Shown: positions 36,815 to 48,544, counted from the first letter of the stretch. The stretch is 64,000 nucleotides of DNA from Longimicrobiales bacterium (GCA_965249725.1 OZ252251.1:384001-448000); one strand, 5' to 3'. A program made the numbers and translations. Notes: a model not told the origin generated them from the sequence alone.

Positions 36815-38296
36815 GTGTCCAAGAACCCACTGACCCGGCGCGACTTCGTCGGGGGCGCCTCGAAGCTCGCATTGGGCGGCATGATCGTGCCGCGACACGT
36901 CCTGGGAGGAGTCGGCTATCAGGCTCCCAGCGACACTCTGAATATCGCGATCGTCGGTGCCGGTGGCATGGGCGGTGAAAACGCCCAGGAGCTCGGCAGC
37001 GAGAACATTGTCGCGGTTTGTGATGTCGACTTCGATTACGTGACCAGGAAGGTCGCCGAGCGGACCGTGGACAGTGACGGGAAGGCCCGGCCGAAGGGAC
37101 TCCGTTGGCAGGAGCAGTACCAGACGGCGACCCGGTACAGTGATTTCCGCGAGATGCTGGACAAGCAGCGCGATATCGATGCGGTGCTCATCGCTACCCC
37201 GGATCACGCGCATGCCGCCATCGCCAAAGCGGCCATGGAGCTCGGCAAGCACGTCTACGTGCAGAAGCCCCTGACGTCGACCGTGGCCGAGGCCCGCCTG
37301 CTGGCGAGGATGGCGGAGGAGTCGGGCGTCGTCACCCAGATGGGCAACCAGGGGCATTCCGGCGATGACGGACGGCTGGTCAACGAGTGGATCGAATCAG
37401 GCGTGATCGGGCCCGTGCGGGAGGTGCACATCTGGACCAACCGCCCCATCTGGCCCCAGGGGCTGCCTGTGCCCGTCACGCCCGAGGAGATGCCGGACGA
37501 ATCGAATTGGTGGCCCGGCTCCATGGACAGTCGTGTCGCCGCAGCGATGGACGGCGGCTACGCTCAGCCGCTCACGCTGGATTGGAACAACTTCGTCGGG
37601 CCGATCGCCGAGGAGGTGGCGTACCACCCCATCTACCACCCCTTCCATTGGCGTGGTTGGACGGCGTTCGGCGTCGGGGCCCTGGGTGACATGGGGGCAC
37701 ACCTCGTGGACCACCCGTTCTGGGCGCTCGACCTCGGGTATCCTACTACCGTCGAGGCCACGTCCACGCCGTGGGGCGGCCCCCGCGAGGCCCCTGTCAG
37801 CTACCCGGTGGCCATGACGGCCCACTACGAGTTCCCGAGCCGTGGCGACCGTCCCCCGGTCGACCTGCATTGGTACGACGGAGGGCTCATGCCGCCCCGC
37901 CCGGAGCAGCTTCCACCCGACGTCGTTCTGGAGAGAGAAGGTGGCGTGATCTTCGTCGGAGATCGCGGGATACTCATGCACGAGACCTACGGCGGGAATC
38001 CGGTCCTCTTCCCGGAGGCCCTCCAGGAAGAGGCGGCCGGGGTAGCTCAGACCTATCCCCGCATCGAGGAGAGCCACGAGATGAACTGGGCTCTCGCCTG
38101 TAAGGGAGAAGCGACGGCCACGTCGCCGTTCGACTACGCGGCCCGACTCACGGAAGTGATGCTCCTCGGCATCGTGGCGCTGCGAACCGGGCAGGGTCGG
38201 AAGATCGAGTACGACGGGGCGAACATGAGGGTGACCAACGTGGACGAGGCGAATCAGTACCTGACTCGCGAGTATCGGCCCGGGTGGTCGATGTGA
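36815..38296 (+). CDS. Tat-exported Gfo/Idh/MocA oxidoreductase
   Basis: [45 protein letters not shown]. Confidence 0.93.
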   Translation: MSKNPLTRRDFVGGASKLALGGMIVPRHVLGGVGYQAPSDTLNIAIVGAGGMGGENAQELGSENIVAVCDVDFDYVTRKVAERTVDSDGKARPKGLRWQEQYQTATRYSDFREMLDKQRDIDAVLIATPDHAHAAIAKAAMELGKHVYVQKPLTSTVAEARLLARMAEESGVVTQMGNQGHSGDDGRLVNEWIESGVIGPVREVHIWTNRPIWPQGLPVPVTPEEMPDESNWWPGSMDSRVAAAMDGGYAQPLTLDWNNFVGPIAEEVAYHPIYHPFHWRGWTAFGVGALGDMGAHLVDHPFWALDLGYPTTVEATSTPWGGPREAPVSYPVAMTAHYEFPSRGDRPPVDLHWYDGGLMPPRPEQLPPDVVLEREGGVIFVGDRGILMHETYGGNPVLFPEALQEEAAGVAQTYPRIEESHEMNWALACKGEATATSPFDYAARLTEVMLLGIVALRTGQGRKIEYDGANMRVTNVDEANQYLTREYRPGWSM

Positions 38297-39072
38297 GCGG
38301 CGTGATGACGAGTCGACCGTCCGTGGCCGGGAGCCTGTCCGTAACGCTGATGGTCGCTGTGTTCGCTGTCGGCCCACTGATGCCAACCGGAGAGGTGGGG
38401 GCCCAGGAGATGCCGCCCCAGGCGCCGCTGCCCCAGGCACCGCCGATCAACTCGCTCACAGAAGCGGAGCGAGAGGCGGGGTGGGAGCTCCTCTTCGACG
38501 GCCAGACAACGGCGGGCTGGCGAGGCTACATGATGGACGACATGCCCGACGGATGGCGGGTTATCGACGGCGAGCTCACTCGCACGGGGCCGGGCACGGA
38601 CATCATCACGACGGAGCAGTACCGGAACTTCGACCTGACTCTCGAATGGAAGGTGGAGCTAGGGGGAAACAGCGGCGTCTTCTACCGGGCGGCAGAGGGT
38701 TCCGAGAAGATCTACATGGGCGCGCCCGAGTTTCAGGCCCTCGACGACGAGAATCATCCGGACGGTGAACTGGCCATCACCTCGGCCGGATCCAACTATG
38801 CCATGCATCCCGCACCCCGGGGCCTGGTGCGGTTTGCAGGGGAATGGAACTTCGTCCGGATTCTGGTCGTCGGCGACCGCGTCGAACACTGGATGAACGG
38901 CGTCCGTATCGTGTCCTATGAGTTCGGGAGCCCCGACTGGGTGGAGCGCGTGGCCGCCAGCAAGTTCAACGAGTGGCCGGAGTACGGGCAGGCATCAGAA
39001 GGCCACATCGGCCTGCAGGATCACGGTGATCGAGCGGCGTTCCGCAACATCAAGCTTCGGCGGCTGCCGTGA
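38293..39072 (+). CDS. DUF1080 (3-keto-disaccharide hydrolase family) protein
   Basis: [49 protein letters not shown]. Confidence 0.93.
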   Translation: MSGVMTSRPSVAGSLSVTLMVAVFAVGPLMPTGEVGAQEMPPQAPLPQAPPINSLTEAEREAGWELLFDGQTTAGWRGYMMDDMPDGWRVIDGELTRTGPGTDIITTEQYRNFDLTLEWKVELGGNSGVFYRAAEGSEKIYMGAPEFQALDDENHPDGELAITSAGSNYAMHPAPRGLVRFAGEWNFVRILVVGDRVEHWMNGVRIVSYEFGSPDWVERVAASKFNEWPEYGQASEGHIGLQDHGDRAAFRNIKLRRLP

Positions 39073-40850
39073 CCCAAGCGCGGCAGGAGTACGACGTCAT
39101 CATCGTCGGGTCCGGCGCTGCCGGCGGCATGTGCGCGTACCTGTTGGCCGTGGCCGGCGTGAAGGTCCTCCTCCTCGAGGCCGGGCGCGACTACGACCCG
39201 GTCACCGAGACCCCGATGTTCAACCTTCCCAAGGACGCGCCGCTCCGGGCCGGTGGCACACCGGAGAAGCCGTTCGGTTTCTACGACGCCACCGTGGACG
39301 GTGGTTGGGAGGTCCCGGGCGAGCCCTACACGAGCGCCGAGGGCACCGACTTCAGGTGGTGGAGGGCCCGCATGCTGGGGGGCCGTACGAACCACTGGGG
39401 CCGGATCTCCCTTCGTATGGGCCCGTACGACTACAAGCCCCGTACGCGCGACGGGCTGGGCTTCGATTGGCCCATGACGTACGAGGACGTGGAGCCCTAC
39501 TACGAAAAGACCGAGAGGCTGATCGGAGTCTACGGGTCCAACGAGGGGATGGAGAACACACCCGATTCGTCTCCCGGAGTCCTTCAGCCGGCGCCCGCGC
39601 CCCGTGCCCATGAGCTCTTCACGCAGCGGGCGTGCGCCGACCTCGACATTCCAGTGATTCCCGCCCATCTGGCGATCCTCTCGGAGGTCCAGGACCACGA
39701 GGCCCTTCCGGGGCTCATCCACCCGAACAACCCACTGGCTCAGCGGGTGCTCGCCGAGTCGATGCGCTCGCGGGCGGCGTGCTTCTGGGCCACGCCGTGC
39801 GGTCGGGGCTGTTCGATCAAGGCCAACTTCCAGTCCACCACGGTCGTGATTCCTCCGGCCGTGGCCACGGGAAACGTGGATGTCATCACCGGAGCCATGG
39901 TCCGCGAGGTGACGGTCGATGCCCGGGGCAGGGCCACGGGCGTCCACTACATCGACAAGACGACGCGCCTCGACGAGCACGTCAGCGCCCGGGTCGTGAT
40001 CCTGGCGGCGAGCGCCTGCTCGTCGGCCCGGATTCTGCTGAACTCCAAGAGCGGGCTCTTTCCCGACGGTCTGGCGAACGGGAGCGGATTGGTAGGGAAG
40101 TACCTGATGGACACGGTGGGTGCGGGCGTTTCGGGACAGATCCCCGCGCTGGAGAACGTGCCGCCCCACAACACGGACGGCGCCTCGGCCATGCACCTGT
40201 ACATGCCGTGGTGGCTGTACGGGGAACAGGCACGCGGGCAGTTGGACTTCGCCCGGGGCTACCACATCGAGTTCGGCGGGGGCCGTCGAATGCCGAGCGG
40301 TGGTTCGTTCAGCCGGTTGGAACGCTTCACTGAGGGGTCGTACGGCGAATCGTTCAAGGAAGATTGCCGCCGCTACTACGGCTCGTTCATGGGATTCGAC
40401 GGGCGGGGAGAGATGGTCCCCAACGAGGACTGCTACTGCGAGATCGACTCGGAGACGGTCGATCAGTGGGGCATTCCGGTTCTCCGCTTCAACTGGAAGT
40501 GGTCGGATCACGAGCTGAACCAGGCCCGGCATATGCAGCACACGTTCGCGGAGATCATCGAGAGCATGGGGGGACGGGTCCTGAGCACTATCCACGAAGA
40601 CGGGGCCGATGCCATCCAGAATCCGGGCCAGATCATCCACGAGGTGGGGGGCGTGATGATGGGGGACGATCCGTCCCGGTCCGTGCTCAACTCGTTCTGT
40701 CAGTCCTGGGAGGTGGACAACCTCTTCGTGACTGACGGTGGCTGCTTCGTGTCGAACGCGGACAAGAACCCCACCCTGAGCATCATGGCCATCGCTTGGC
40801 GCGCGGTGGACTACCTGGTGGACGAGCTCCAACGTGGGAGCATCGGATGA
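39069..40850 (+). CDS. GMC-family FAD oxidoreductase (glucoside 3-dehydrogenase-like)
   Basis: IVGSGAAGG, LGGRTNHWGR, GLVGKYLMD, IHEVGG, KNPTLSIMA. Confidence 0.93.
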   Translation: MTQARQEYDVIIVGSGAAGGMCAYLLAVAGVKVLLLEAGRDYDPVTETPMFNLPKDAPLRAGGTPEKPFGFYDATVDGGWEVPGEPYTSAEGTDFRWWRARMLGGRTNHWGRISLRMGPYDYKPRTRDGLGFDWPMTYEDVEPYYEKTERLIGVYGSNEGMENTPDSSPGVLQPAPAPRAHELFTQRACADLDIPVIPAHLAILSEVQDHEALPGLIHPNNPLAQRVLAESMRSRAACFWATPCGRGCSIKANFQSTTVVIPPAVATGNVDVITGAMVREVTVDARGRATGVHYIDKTTRLDEHVSARVVILAASACSSARILLNSKSGLFPDGLANGSGLVGKYLMDTVGAGVSGQIPALENVPPHNTDGASAMHLYMPWWLYGEQARGQLDFARGYHIEFGGGRRMPSGGSFSRLERFTEGSYGESFKEDCRRYYGSFMGFDGRGEMVPNEDCYCEIDSETVDQWGIPVLRFNWKWSDHELNQARHMQHTFAEIIESMGGRVLSTIHEDGADAIQNPGQIIHEVGGVMMGDDPSRSVLNSFCQSWEVDNLFVTDGGCFVSNADKNPTLSIMAIAWRAVDYLVDELQRGSIG

Positions 40851-41506
40851 CCGAGAAGAACCTCCCCGTACTCGGGCGCATGGACCGACGCATGGCCCTG
40901 AAGGTCATGGCGGTGGCGGCAGCCACTCCCGGTCTGGCATCCTGCTCCTCGGGGGCCGAGCAGGGACAGCCCGCCCGCAACGTCTTGGCCGCCGGAACGG
41001 CCGCAGACCCCGATCTGCTGGCTCCGGTGATCCCCTGGGAGCGCGTCCTGACCCAGGACGAACTGGATACGTTGGCCGTGCTCTGTGACGTGATCATCCC
41101 GGCCGACAACCGCTCTCCTTCGGCGAGTTCGGTGGGCGCTCATCACTACATCGACGAGTGGGTGAGCGCCCCCTACGACGGGATGCGCCGGGACCAGGTG
41201 CTGATCCGGGGAGGGCTGGTGTGGTTGGATGCCGAGGCGGGGCGCCGGTTCGGGCAAGGCACACGCTTCCGTGACCTGGACTCGGCTCGTAGGGACCAGA
41301 TCTGTGCGGACATCGCCCATGTGCCCGATGCGCGGCCCGGATTCGAGGCCGGTGCGCGCTTCTTCGCGAGGGTGCGTGATCTCACGGCCGGGGCCTTCTG
41401 GACCACCCAAGAGGGAATGCAGGACCTGCAGTACATCGGCAACGTTCCGCTGGCGCGATGGGATCCCCCGCCTCGCGAAGTGCTCGAACACCTAGGACTG
41501 GCTTGA
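40847..41506 (+). CDS. Gluconate 2-dehydrogenase subunit 3 family (Tat/lipoprotein partner of the GMC enzyme)
   Basis: MDRRMALK..LASC, LCDVIIPAD, FFARVRDLTAGAFWTTQEGMQDLQYIGN. ATGA-coupled to the GMC gene. Confidence 0.88.
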   Translation: MTEKNLPVLGRMDRRMALKVMAVAAATPGLASCSSGAEQGQPARNVLAAGTAADPDLLAPVIPWERVLTQDELDTLAVLCDVIIPADNRSPSASSVGAHHYIDEWVSAPYDGMRRDQVLIRGGLVWLDAEAGRRFGQGTRFRDLDSARRDQICADIAHVPDARPGFEAGARFFARVRDLTAGAFWTTQEGMQDLQYIGNVPLARWDPPPREVLEHLGLA

Positions 41507-41508
41507 CC

Positions 41509-43065
41509 ATGACCGAATCTCCTTCGGCCGAATCAGGGAGTGGCGGCGTGCCCGGCGGGCTGCCCGGCGGGCTTCACGGCGGGCTTCACGGCGGGTTTCA
41601 CGGCGGGCTTCACGGCGAGGTTCACGGCGGCGCCTTGCGCGACAAGCGGCTCTTCCTGGGCAGTTGCATCGCGCTCATCGCCACGTCGGTTGCGTTCGCC
41701 ACCGTGGGCGCCATCATGCTGGCCTTGAAGCGAGAGTTTGTTCTGACCAATCAGGAGGTGGGGTGGATCGGTGGGGCGGCCCTGTGGGGATTCGCGGTGT
41801 CGCAGCTCGTCTTCGCGCCGCTGTGCGACACGTTGGGGATGCGCTTTCTGCTCAGGCTCTCGTTTCTGGGGCACCTAGCCGGCACTCTCGTCATGATGAT
41901 GGCGGGAGGCTTCTGGATGCTGTTCGGCGGAGCCCTGATCATAGCTATGGCGAACGGCCTGGTGGAGGCGGCCTGCAACCCGTTGGTGGCCAGCCTCTAT
42001 CCCGACAACAAGACCGTGAAGCTGAACCAGTTCCACGTCTGGTTCCCGGGTGGAGTCGTGCTCGGCGGGCTCGCCAGCTTCGGGCTGGACGCCGTAGGTG
42101 TGGGGGCCTGGCAGCTCAAGCTCGGCCTGATCCTGATCCCGACGCTGGTCTATGGGTGGCTGCTGCTCACGCAGCCATTCCCGTCCACGGAAGGCGTGCG
42201 GGCCGGGGTCAGCGTGGGGGAGATGTTCAAGGCCGCGTTCGCGACGCCTCTCATGTGGATCATGCTCTTCGCCATGGCGCTGACCGCCTCCGTGGAGTTG
42301 GGCCCCAACCGTTGGGTGCCGGCCGTGCTCGGGGCCGGCGGCATGGCCGGGATCCTCATCCTGGTGTGGATCAACGGGCTTATGGCCGTGCTGCGCTACC
42401 GGGCGGGCCCCGTGGTCGAGCAGCTCTCACCGACGGGAGTTCTCTTGGCCTCGGCGGTGCTCTCGGGAGTGGGTCTCCTGGGATTGAGCCTGGGAGGCGC
42501 GGGGTGGGCCACGTTCGGATCAGCCACGGTGTTTGCCGTCGGTGTCTGCTACTTCTGGCCCACCATGCTGGGGGTGGTCTCCGAGCGGGTGCCACGGAGC
42601 GGCGCCCTGGGACTGGGCCTCATGGGCACGGTGGGCATGGCCACCGTGGGGCTGGTAACGTCGCCCACCATGGGTGGGATCGCTGATCGGTACGCCCACG
42701 AGCGGTTTCCCGTCGAGGCGACGGTGGCTCTGCTCGAGTCCAGTGCGACGGCTCTCGGCTCGGGCGACTCCGACGCGCGGGATGCGGCCCAGGCTGCCGG
42801 CTCAGTCGTGTCTGACTACAGAAGCGCCGGGTCTCTTCCCACACCCGCGACCGCGAACGCGCTTCGAGCCGTCATCGCCTCGGACGCCTCGCTGGAATTG
42901 GTTGCTGCGGCCCAGGCGGTTCTCGGGCCGGCGGACAACTACGGCGGCCGGATCTCGTTCCGCTACGTGGTGCCGCTGTGCGGGGTCCTGACGCTGATCT
43001 TCGGAACGCTCTACTTCAGGGATCGACGGGCCGGCGGATATGTCGTCGAGAGGATCGGGGCGTGA
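41509..43065 (+). CDS. MFS transporter (sugar/glycoside)
   Basis: About 12 TM segments, with ANGLVEAACNPLVASLYP, FHVWFPGG, YFWPTMLG. Confidence 0.9.
   Translation: MTESPSAESGSGGVPGGLPGGLHGGLHGGFHGGLHGEVHGGALRDKRLFLGSCIALIATSVAFATVGAIMLALKREFVLTNQEVGWIGGAALWGFAVSQLVFAPLCDTLGMRFLLRLSFLGHLAGTLVMMMAGGFWMLFGGALIIAMANGLVEAACNPLVASLYPDNKTVKLNQFHVWFPGGVVLGGLASFGLDAVGVGAWQLKLGLILIPTLVYGWLLLTQPFPSTEGVRAGVSVGEMFKAAFATPLMWIMLFAMALTASVELGPNRWVPAVLGAGGMAGILILVWINGLMAVLRYRAGPVVEQLSPTGVLLASAVLSGVGLLGLSLGGAGWATFGSATVFAVGVCYFWPTMLGVVSERVPRSGALGLGLMGTVGMATVGLVTSPTMGGIADRYAHERFPVEATVALLESSATALGSGDSDARDAAQAAGSVVSDYRSAGSLPTPATANALRAVIASDASLELVAAAQAVLGPADNYGGRISFRYVVPLCGVLTLIFGTLYFRDRRAGGYVVERIGA
41542..41631 (+). 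repeat. 12-bp x7 tandem repeat GGCGGGCTTCAC-like
   Basis: Encodes GGVP-GGLP-GGLH-GGLH-GGFH-GGLH-GEVH. Confidence 0.92.
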
Positions 43066-44288
43066 CGCCCGTGCGGTATGGCATGGTGGGGGGCGGTCCC
43101 GACGCCTTCATTGGACCGGTGCACCGGATGGCTGCGGCCTTGGACGGGCAGTTCGAGCTCGTGGCCGGCGCGTTCTCCTCGGACGCCGAGCGCTCGAGAC
43201 AGACCGGGGCGGAGTTGGGGCTGGATCCGGATAGGACCTACGGCTCCTACGAAGAAATGGCTCGGGCCGAGGGTGCGCTTCCCTCCGATCAGCGCATCGA
43301 GGTCGTCGCCATCGTCACCCCGAACCACCTCCACTATCCGGTGGCTCGAGCGTTTCTCGAGGCCTACATCCACGTCATCTGCGACAAACCGCTCACGACA
43401 ACCTTGGAGGATGCGGAGACCCTCTGCCGTCTCGCCTCTGAGAGCAATCGTGTCTTCGCGGTGACCCACAACTACACGGGTTACCCCATGGTGAAGGAGG
43501 CGCGCGAGCGGGTGCGGTCGGGTGCCCTGGGGACCGTGCGGAAGGTGGTCGTGGAGTACTCGCAGGGCTGGCTCGCCACCCTGCTGGAGCGGGAGGGCCA
43601 CAAGCAGGCCGAGTGGCGAGGCGACCCCTCACGGGCGGGTATCTCTTCCGCCTTGGGGGACATCGGATGCCACGCCCACAACCTGGCCCGCTATGTGACC
43701 GGGCTCGAGATCGAGGAGCTCCTCGCGGATCTTGGGACGGTCGTATCGGGCCGGGCCCTCGAGGACGACGCGACGCTGCTTCTCCACTACGAGGGCGGTG
43801 CGAGAGGCCTCCTTTTCGCCTCTCAGATCGCGACGGGGGAGCGCAATCATCTTCGTCTCCGCGTATACGGATCCGAGGGAGGTCTGGACTGGGGTCAGGA
43901 GTCGCCCGACCGGCTCAGGCTCCGATCGCAGGACGGAACCGAAATGGTGCTCTATGTGGGTGGGGCGAACCTCTCGGATCGAACTCAGGCTCACACCAGG
44001 TTGCCGGGGGGGCATCCCGAGGGGTTCATCGAGGCGTTCGCGAATCTCTACCGCAACGTCGCGCGAACGGTACGCAACCGCACGAGCTGGTCCGAGTCGG
44101 GTCCCTTCGACGACGATTTCCCCACCGTGCAGGATGGAGCGCGGGGCGTGCACTTCATCGAGGCCGCCGTGGAGAGCGGTCAGACTGGGGCGTGGGTGTC
44201 GGGGTCCTACGAGCCTCCTGGATCCTACGAGCCTCCCGGATCCAGCGGACCTTCTGGATCCGATCAGCCGTCTGGAGAGGAGGAATAG
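43062..44288 (+). CDS. Cytoplasmic Gfo/Idh/MocA oxidoreductase
   Basis: [58 protein letters not shown]. The C-terminal tail has an 18-bp GSYEPP repeat (44202-44273). Confidence 0.92.
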   Translation: MTPVRYGMVGGGPDAFIGPVHRMAAALDGQFELVAGAFSSDAERSRQTGAELGLDPDRTYGSYEEMARAEGALPSDQRIEVVAIVTPNHLHYPVARAFLEAYIHVICDKPLTTTLEDAETLCRLASESNRVFAVTHNYTGYPMVKEARERVRSGALGTVRKVVVEYSQGWLATLLEREGHKQAEWRGDPSRAGISSALGDIGCHAHNLARYVTGLEIEELLADLGTVVSGRALEDDATLLLHYEGGARGLLFASQIATGERNHLRLRVYGSEGGLDWGQESPDRLRLRSQDGTEMVLYVGGANLSDRTQAHTRLPGGHPEGFIEAFANLYRNVARTVRNRTSWSESGPFDDDFPTVQDGARGVHFIEAAVESGQTGAWVSGSYEPPGSYEPPGSSGPSGSDQPSGEEE

Positions 44289-44291
44289 CCC

Positions 44292-45296
44292 ATGACCCGA
44301 CCGGTAACCCTCTTCACCGGCCAGTGGGCCGATCTACCCCTGGAAGAGCTCTGTCGCAAAGCCGCAGAGTGGGGATACGACGGCTTGGAACTAGCGTGCT
44401 GGGGCGATCACTTCGACGTCGTGCGTGGCGCAGAGGACGAGGCCTACTGCCAAGAGCGCCGGGCGCTCCTCGAGTCACACGGACTGAAGGTATGGGCGAT
44501 CAGCAACCACCTGGTCGGACAGGCCGTCGCCGACGTGGTGGATGAGCGCCACCGGGATATCCTCCCCACACATGTGTGGGGGGACGGTGACCCCGAGGGA
44601 GTCCGTGTTCGCGCCGCGGAGGAGATGAAGCTCACCGCCCGCGCCGCGGCCAACATGGGGCTCCAGGTGGTGAACGGGTTCACCGGAAGTCCGGTCTGGC
44701 CGCTCCTCTATTCGTTTCCTCCGGTGAAACCGGAGACCATCGAGCGGGGCTTTGCCGAGTTTGCGACACTCTGGAATCCGATTCTCGACGTGTTCGACGA
44801 GGTCGGCGTGCGGTTTGCGCTGGAGGTGCATCCTACCGAAATCGCCTTCGACATCGTCACTGCCGAGCGGGCGCTGGAGGCCGTCGGGTACCGGGAGACC
44901 TTCGGGTTCAACTACGACCCGTCCCACCTGGCCTACCAGGGCGTGGACTGTGTCGGGTTCATCGACCGCTTCGAGTCCCGCATCTTCCACGTCCATATGA
45001 AGGACGTGTGGTGGTCCGAGACCGCCATGCCCTCCGGAGTCTTCGGGGGACATCTACCGTTTGGAGATGCGGACCGATTCTGGGACTTCCGATCGCTGGG
45101 CCGGGGCCGCGTGCCCTTCGAGGAGGTCGTTCGGGCTCTGAACCGAGCCGGATACCAGGGGCCTTTGTCGGTCGAGTGGGAGGATCCGGGAATGGACCGG
45201 GAGCACGGAGCCGCGGAGGCCTGCCGCTTCGTTCGCGAGATCGAATTTCCGCCCTCGGACACGGCCTTCGACGCCGCGTTTCAGGGCGAGGAATAG
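44292..45296 (+). CDS. Sugar phosphate isomerase/epimerase TIM barrel (IolE-like)
   Basis: [41 protein letters not shown]. Confidence 0.92.
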   Translation: MTRPVTLFTGQWADLPLEELCRKAAEWGYDGLELACWGDHFDVVRGAEDEAYCQERRALLESHGLKVWAISNHLVGQAVADVVDERHRDILPTHVWGDGDPEGVRVRAAEEMKLTARAAANMGLQVVNGFTGSPVWPLLYSFPPVKPETIERGFAEFATLWNPILDVFDEVGVRFALEVHPTEIAFDIVTAERALEAVGYRETFGFNYDPSHLAYQGVDCVGFIDRFESRIFHVHMKDVWWSETAMPSGVFGGHLPFGDADRFWDFRSLGRGRVPFEEVVRALNRAGYQGPLSVEWEDPGMDREHGAAEACRFVREIEFPPSDTAFDAAFQGEE

Positions 45297-45404
45297 GTCC
45301 CGTCCGCCCTCGAAATCCAGTACCACACCAAAGGCACAGGCCGGCCGGCCGAGGGTATATTTCTGATACGCACCGGTTCCATCCTCTATCGTCGAGGATC
45401 CACC

Positions 45405-46274
45405 ATGCTTACCAAGCACTATTCCCGATATGTAGTCGCCCTGGCTGCGGCACTTCTCATCCTGCCCGCGGCGCTCTCTGCTCAGCCGAGGGCCAGCGAG
45501 CGTGCTACGGTCAACCAGATCGTGAACGGCACGAGCATCACGTTCGACTTCAGTCGTCCGGTCGCTCGCGGCAGGGATCACCTCTTCGGGGGTGTCGTTC
45601 ACTGGGGCGAGCTCTGGACGCCCGGAGCGAACTGGGCCACCACCCTTGAGGTGGACCATGACGTCAAGCTGAACGGCCACGCCGTCCCCGCGGGCAAGTA
45701 CTCGGTCTGGATCCGGGTGCAACCGGAGGAGTGGACAGTCTTCCTCAATGACGAGACCAGGCTCTACCACGACACGCCGGTCTCTGAGGACAAGCACCTG
45801 CTCAGCTTCGCGGCGACTCCCATGGAGGGACCGCACATGGAGGCCTTGGCGTGGTACTTCCCGTCGGTAGGCCCCATGGACGCCGAAATCCGCGTGCATT
45901 GGGGGACTACCTACCTGCCCCTCACCATCGAGACGCTTCCGTTCAAGGCGGCGACACTTTCCGCCAAGGAACGGGCGAAGTTCGTGGGCAAGTATCAGGT
46001 GTTCGGAATGGACCCGACGACCGAGGGTCCGTTGTCGTTGGTGCTCGAGATCACCGAGAACGGTGAAGAACTCGCCGGTATGTGGGGTAGGGCCCCCCTC
46101 GACCTGATCCCCAACGGGGAAGGTGAGCTGATGCTGGGCTTCCTGCGGAATGGAGCGCTCTTCGACGTCGCCCCCGAGATGACGATACGTGTGGTCGAAG
46201 AGGGTGACCGCGAGGGTGGTATCGACCTGCTCTGGGAAGGCTGGGAGTTCGCGCAGGGCGACCCGATTCCCTAG
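45405..46274 (+). CDS. DUF2911 domain secreted protein
   Basis: Signal peptide, then PRASERATVNQ, FSRPVARGR, LWTPGANWAT, VPAGKYS. Confidence 0.88.
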   Translation: MLTKHYSRYVVALAAALLILPAALSAQPRASERATVNQIVNGTSITFDFSRPVARGRDHLFGGVVHWGELWTPGANWATTLEVDHDVKLNGHAVPAGKYSVWIRVQPEEWTVFLNDETRLYHDTPVSEDKHLLSFAATPMEGPHMEALAWYFPSVGPMDAEIRVHWGTTYLPLTIETLPFKAATLSAKERAKFVGKYQVFGMDPTTEGPLSLVLEITENGEELAGMWGRAPLDLIPNGEGELMLGFLRNGALFDVAPEMTIRVVEEGDREGGIDLLWEGWEFAQGDPIP

Positions 46275-46303
46275 GGGAATCCGAGGCGAGGGGCCTTGCG
46301 GGC

Positions 46304-48544
46304 CTAGAGCCCCAGGGTCAGCGTCGGGGAGTACTTGAGCAGCAGCGTGCGCCGGTCGCTCAGCGGGCGAACCGGATTGAATGAAAACCGATCTGTTACC
46401 AGGCCTTCATTCCAGACCAGGTACAGATCGGTTCCTTCTTTGGGGTTGTAGCGCAGCCTCAGGTTGACGGTGACCGCGTTGGCCGCGCTGCTGTACTGGA
46501 TCAGTGCGCCTGAGCTGATCCGTGTGTCCAGGCGGGCGTCGGTGCGTACTCGGAAGATGTGGGCAGTGAACCCCTCATTGCGCTCTTCGAAGTCGACGTT
46601 TTCTATCTGGTACGTGCCCTCGAATTCGAAGTGCTTGGAGGGGGTCCATGTGCCCCTGACGGAGGCCGACGTGCGCTGCCCGTCGAAGAAGCCGCCGGCT
46701 TCCGCCGACAGGCTCGTGCGGAACATCGAACTCGAGGACTGCCGGAACTCTACCCTCGCGGCTGTGAAGTCGTACTCGCCCTCCGGGACGCCCGATGCTC
46801 CGGGCAGGGAGAAGCCGCGGTCGAGATCCTCGTGTGTGGCGCGCACGGTGGCAGTGAACTCGTGCCCCGACTTCATCTCCACGACCAGCTCGGGCACCAG
46901 TTCGGCAGTTTCGATGGACCCGTCCTCTGAGCGGCGGTACGCCGTGCCGCCTGCTCGGACACCGGCGGAAAGCACGCTCGATTCGACCCCCGGTCGCCAG
47001 CCGTATCCCACCTGGGTGGCCCCCTTGGTGTAGTTGCGGCGAAACATGAAACCGAGTCCCGGCTCGAACGTCTCGCCAGACCGGGTGAGGTCGAACTCGT
47101 AGTTGAGACCGTCGATGCCGCGCCGCTGCCAGAAGACACGCGCCAGGCTGCGATCGAGGAATCCCTCCGCTCCCTCCACGTTGGGGTCGAAGCTCTGTGC
47201 CCAATTCAGGGTGACGTAGTCCTCCCCGAACACGCGTAGCAGTGCGTCCAGGCCGTACACGACGTTTTCGCTCGCCGCGTTGCCCAAGCGCGTGGTCAGA
47301 ATACCGCCGACGAAGGAGTTCTCGTTCAGCACGCGGCGACGCATACGGAGCACGCCCAGGTTCTCAGACGAGGCACCCGGCTCGGCGGCCGCCGTCTGCA
47401 TGTCCAACCCGGCGATGTCCCAATCTCCGATGCGGCCGACGAGACGGCTGCCCCCGTAGATCCTCACCCGCTCACCGTCGGCGAGGCCCATCTGCCTGGA
47501 GTGGAAGAGGCGCTCCACGCCTCCGAGGGAGTAGTCGAAGACGTTGCTGCGTTCCTGGAAGAAGGCCCTCTTCTCGGGAAAGAAGAGTGAGAAGCGGGTG
47601 AGATTCACCTGCTGATTGTCGGCCTCGACCTGCGCGAAGTCCGTGTTCCCGGTGAAGTCCAGCGTGAGGTTGGAGGTGATGCCGTACTTTACGTCCAGCC
47701 CCACCTCGGTCAGGGCGTCGCGGTCGCGGTCGTAGCCCGTCTGGTCGGCGTTGGGGCTGTTACTGTGCCCCCGACCGACGATGCCGTAGGGCGTGACGTA
47801 CAGCGGATCGGAGCGCCTGGCTCCGTGGATCACGACTTCTCGCGTCTGAGACGCCTTGTATGCACTGAACCCGCCCCACTGCGGAGAGATGGCCGGGAAG
47901 GTCGAGAACTCGTTCTTACGAGCGATCACACGGACGAGAGACAGACCCATGACGACTCCGGCCTCCGACTGCTGGAACCGGAGGCTCGTGAACGGGATCC
48001 GGATCTCGGCGTACCATCCGCGATCATCCTGTGAGGCCGCTGCGTCCCAGTAGGTGTTCCAGTTGAAGTTGGCCCCCGCCTCTGTGTCGTTGGCGAAGAT
48101 CATGTCCGTCCGCAGCCCGGCAGGGGTCGTGCCGAAGAGCAGCGCGGTCTCCCTGTCGTTGAACGTGTCGAGCATGAGAATGCACCAATCGCTGGCGTAT
48201 CCGCCCAGGTCACGTTCCAGGGATGACGCTCGGACTCCCGCAGGGTCGGAGTCGTACGCACGACACGACACGTAGAGGTACTTCTCGTCGTGGGCCACCC
48301 GGAACTCGGTCGCCTCGCTCGGGGCGAGGCCGAAGTTGGGCGTGTGCATCGTGGCGGGGAAAACGGGCACCGCCTCCCAAGCGGGCTCGTCGACACGCCC
48401 GTCGAGGTCGATCTCTCCCTCCAACAGGGGGATGACGATGCGCTCGAGCGTCCCGGTGGATTGCTGAGCGGTCGCCGACCCGGCGAGGACGAAGGCGAGC
48501 GCGAAGACGGAGAGACGCCAGCTGGACATGCAGACCCGGTGCAC
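46304..48544 (-). CDS. CBM9-like + DUF5916 outer-membrane protein (most divergent copy)
   Basis: IDLDGRVDEPAW, LDTFND, EIRIPF, NTDFAQVEAD, FFPEKRAFF. The start may be ATG 48529. Confidence 0.88.
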   Translation of the reverse strand: MHRVCMSSWRLSVFALAFVLAGSATAQQSTGTLERIVIPLLEGEIDLDGRVDEPAWEAVPVFPATMHTPNFGLAPSEATEFRVAHDEKYLYVSCRAYDSDPAGVRASSLERDLGGYASDWCILMLDTFNDRETALLFGTTPAGLRTDMIFANDTEAGANFNWNTYWDAAASQDDRGWYAEIRIPFTSLRFQQSEAGVVMGLSLVRVIARKNEFSTFPAISPQWGGFSAYKASQTREVVIHGARRSDPLYVTPYGIVGRGHSNSPNADQTGYDRDRDALTEVGLDVKYGITSNLTLDFTGNTDFAQVEADNQQVNLTRFSLFFPEKRAFFQERSNVFDYSLGGVERLFHSRQMGLADGERVRIYGGSRLVGRIGDWDIAGLDMQTAAAEPGASSENLGVLRMRRRVLNENSFVGGILTTRLGNAASENVVYGLDALLRVFGEDYVTLNWAQSFDPNVEGAEGFLDRSLARVFWQRRGIDGLNYEFDLTRSGETFEPGLGFMFRRNYTKGATQVGYGWRPGVESSVLSAGVRAGGTAYRRSEDGSIETAELVPELVVEMKSGHEFTATVRATHEDLDRGFSLPGASGVPEGEYDFTAARVEFRQSSSSMFRTSLSAEAGGFFDGQRTSASVRGTWTPSKHFEFEGTYQIENVDFEERNEGFTAHIFRVRTDARLDTRISSGALIQYSSAANAVTVNLRLRYNPKEGTDLYLVWNEGLVTDRFSFNPVRPLSDRRTLLLKYSPTLTLGL

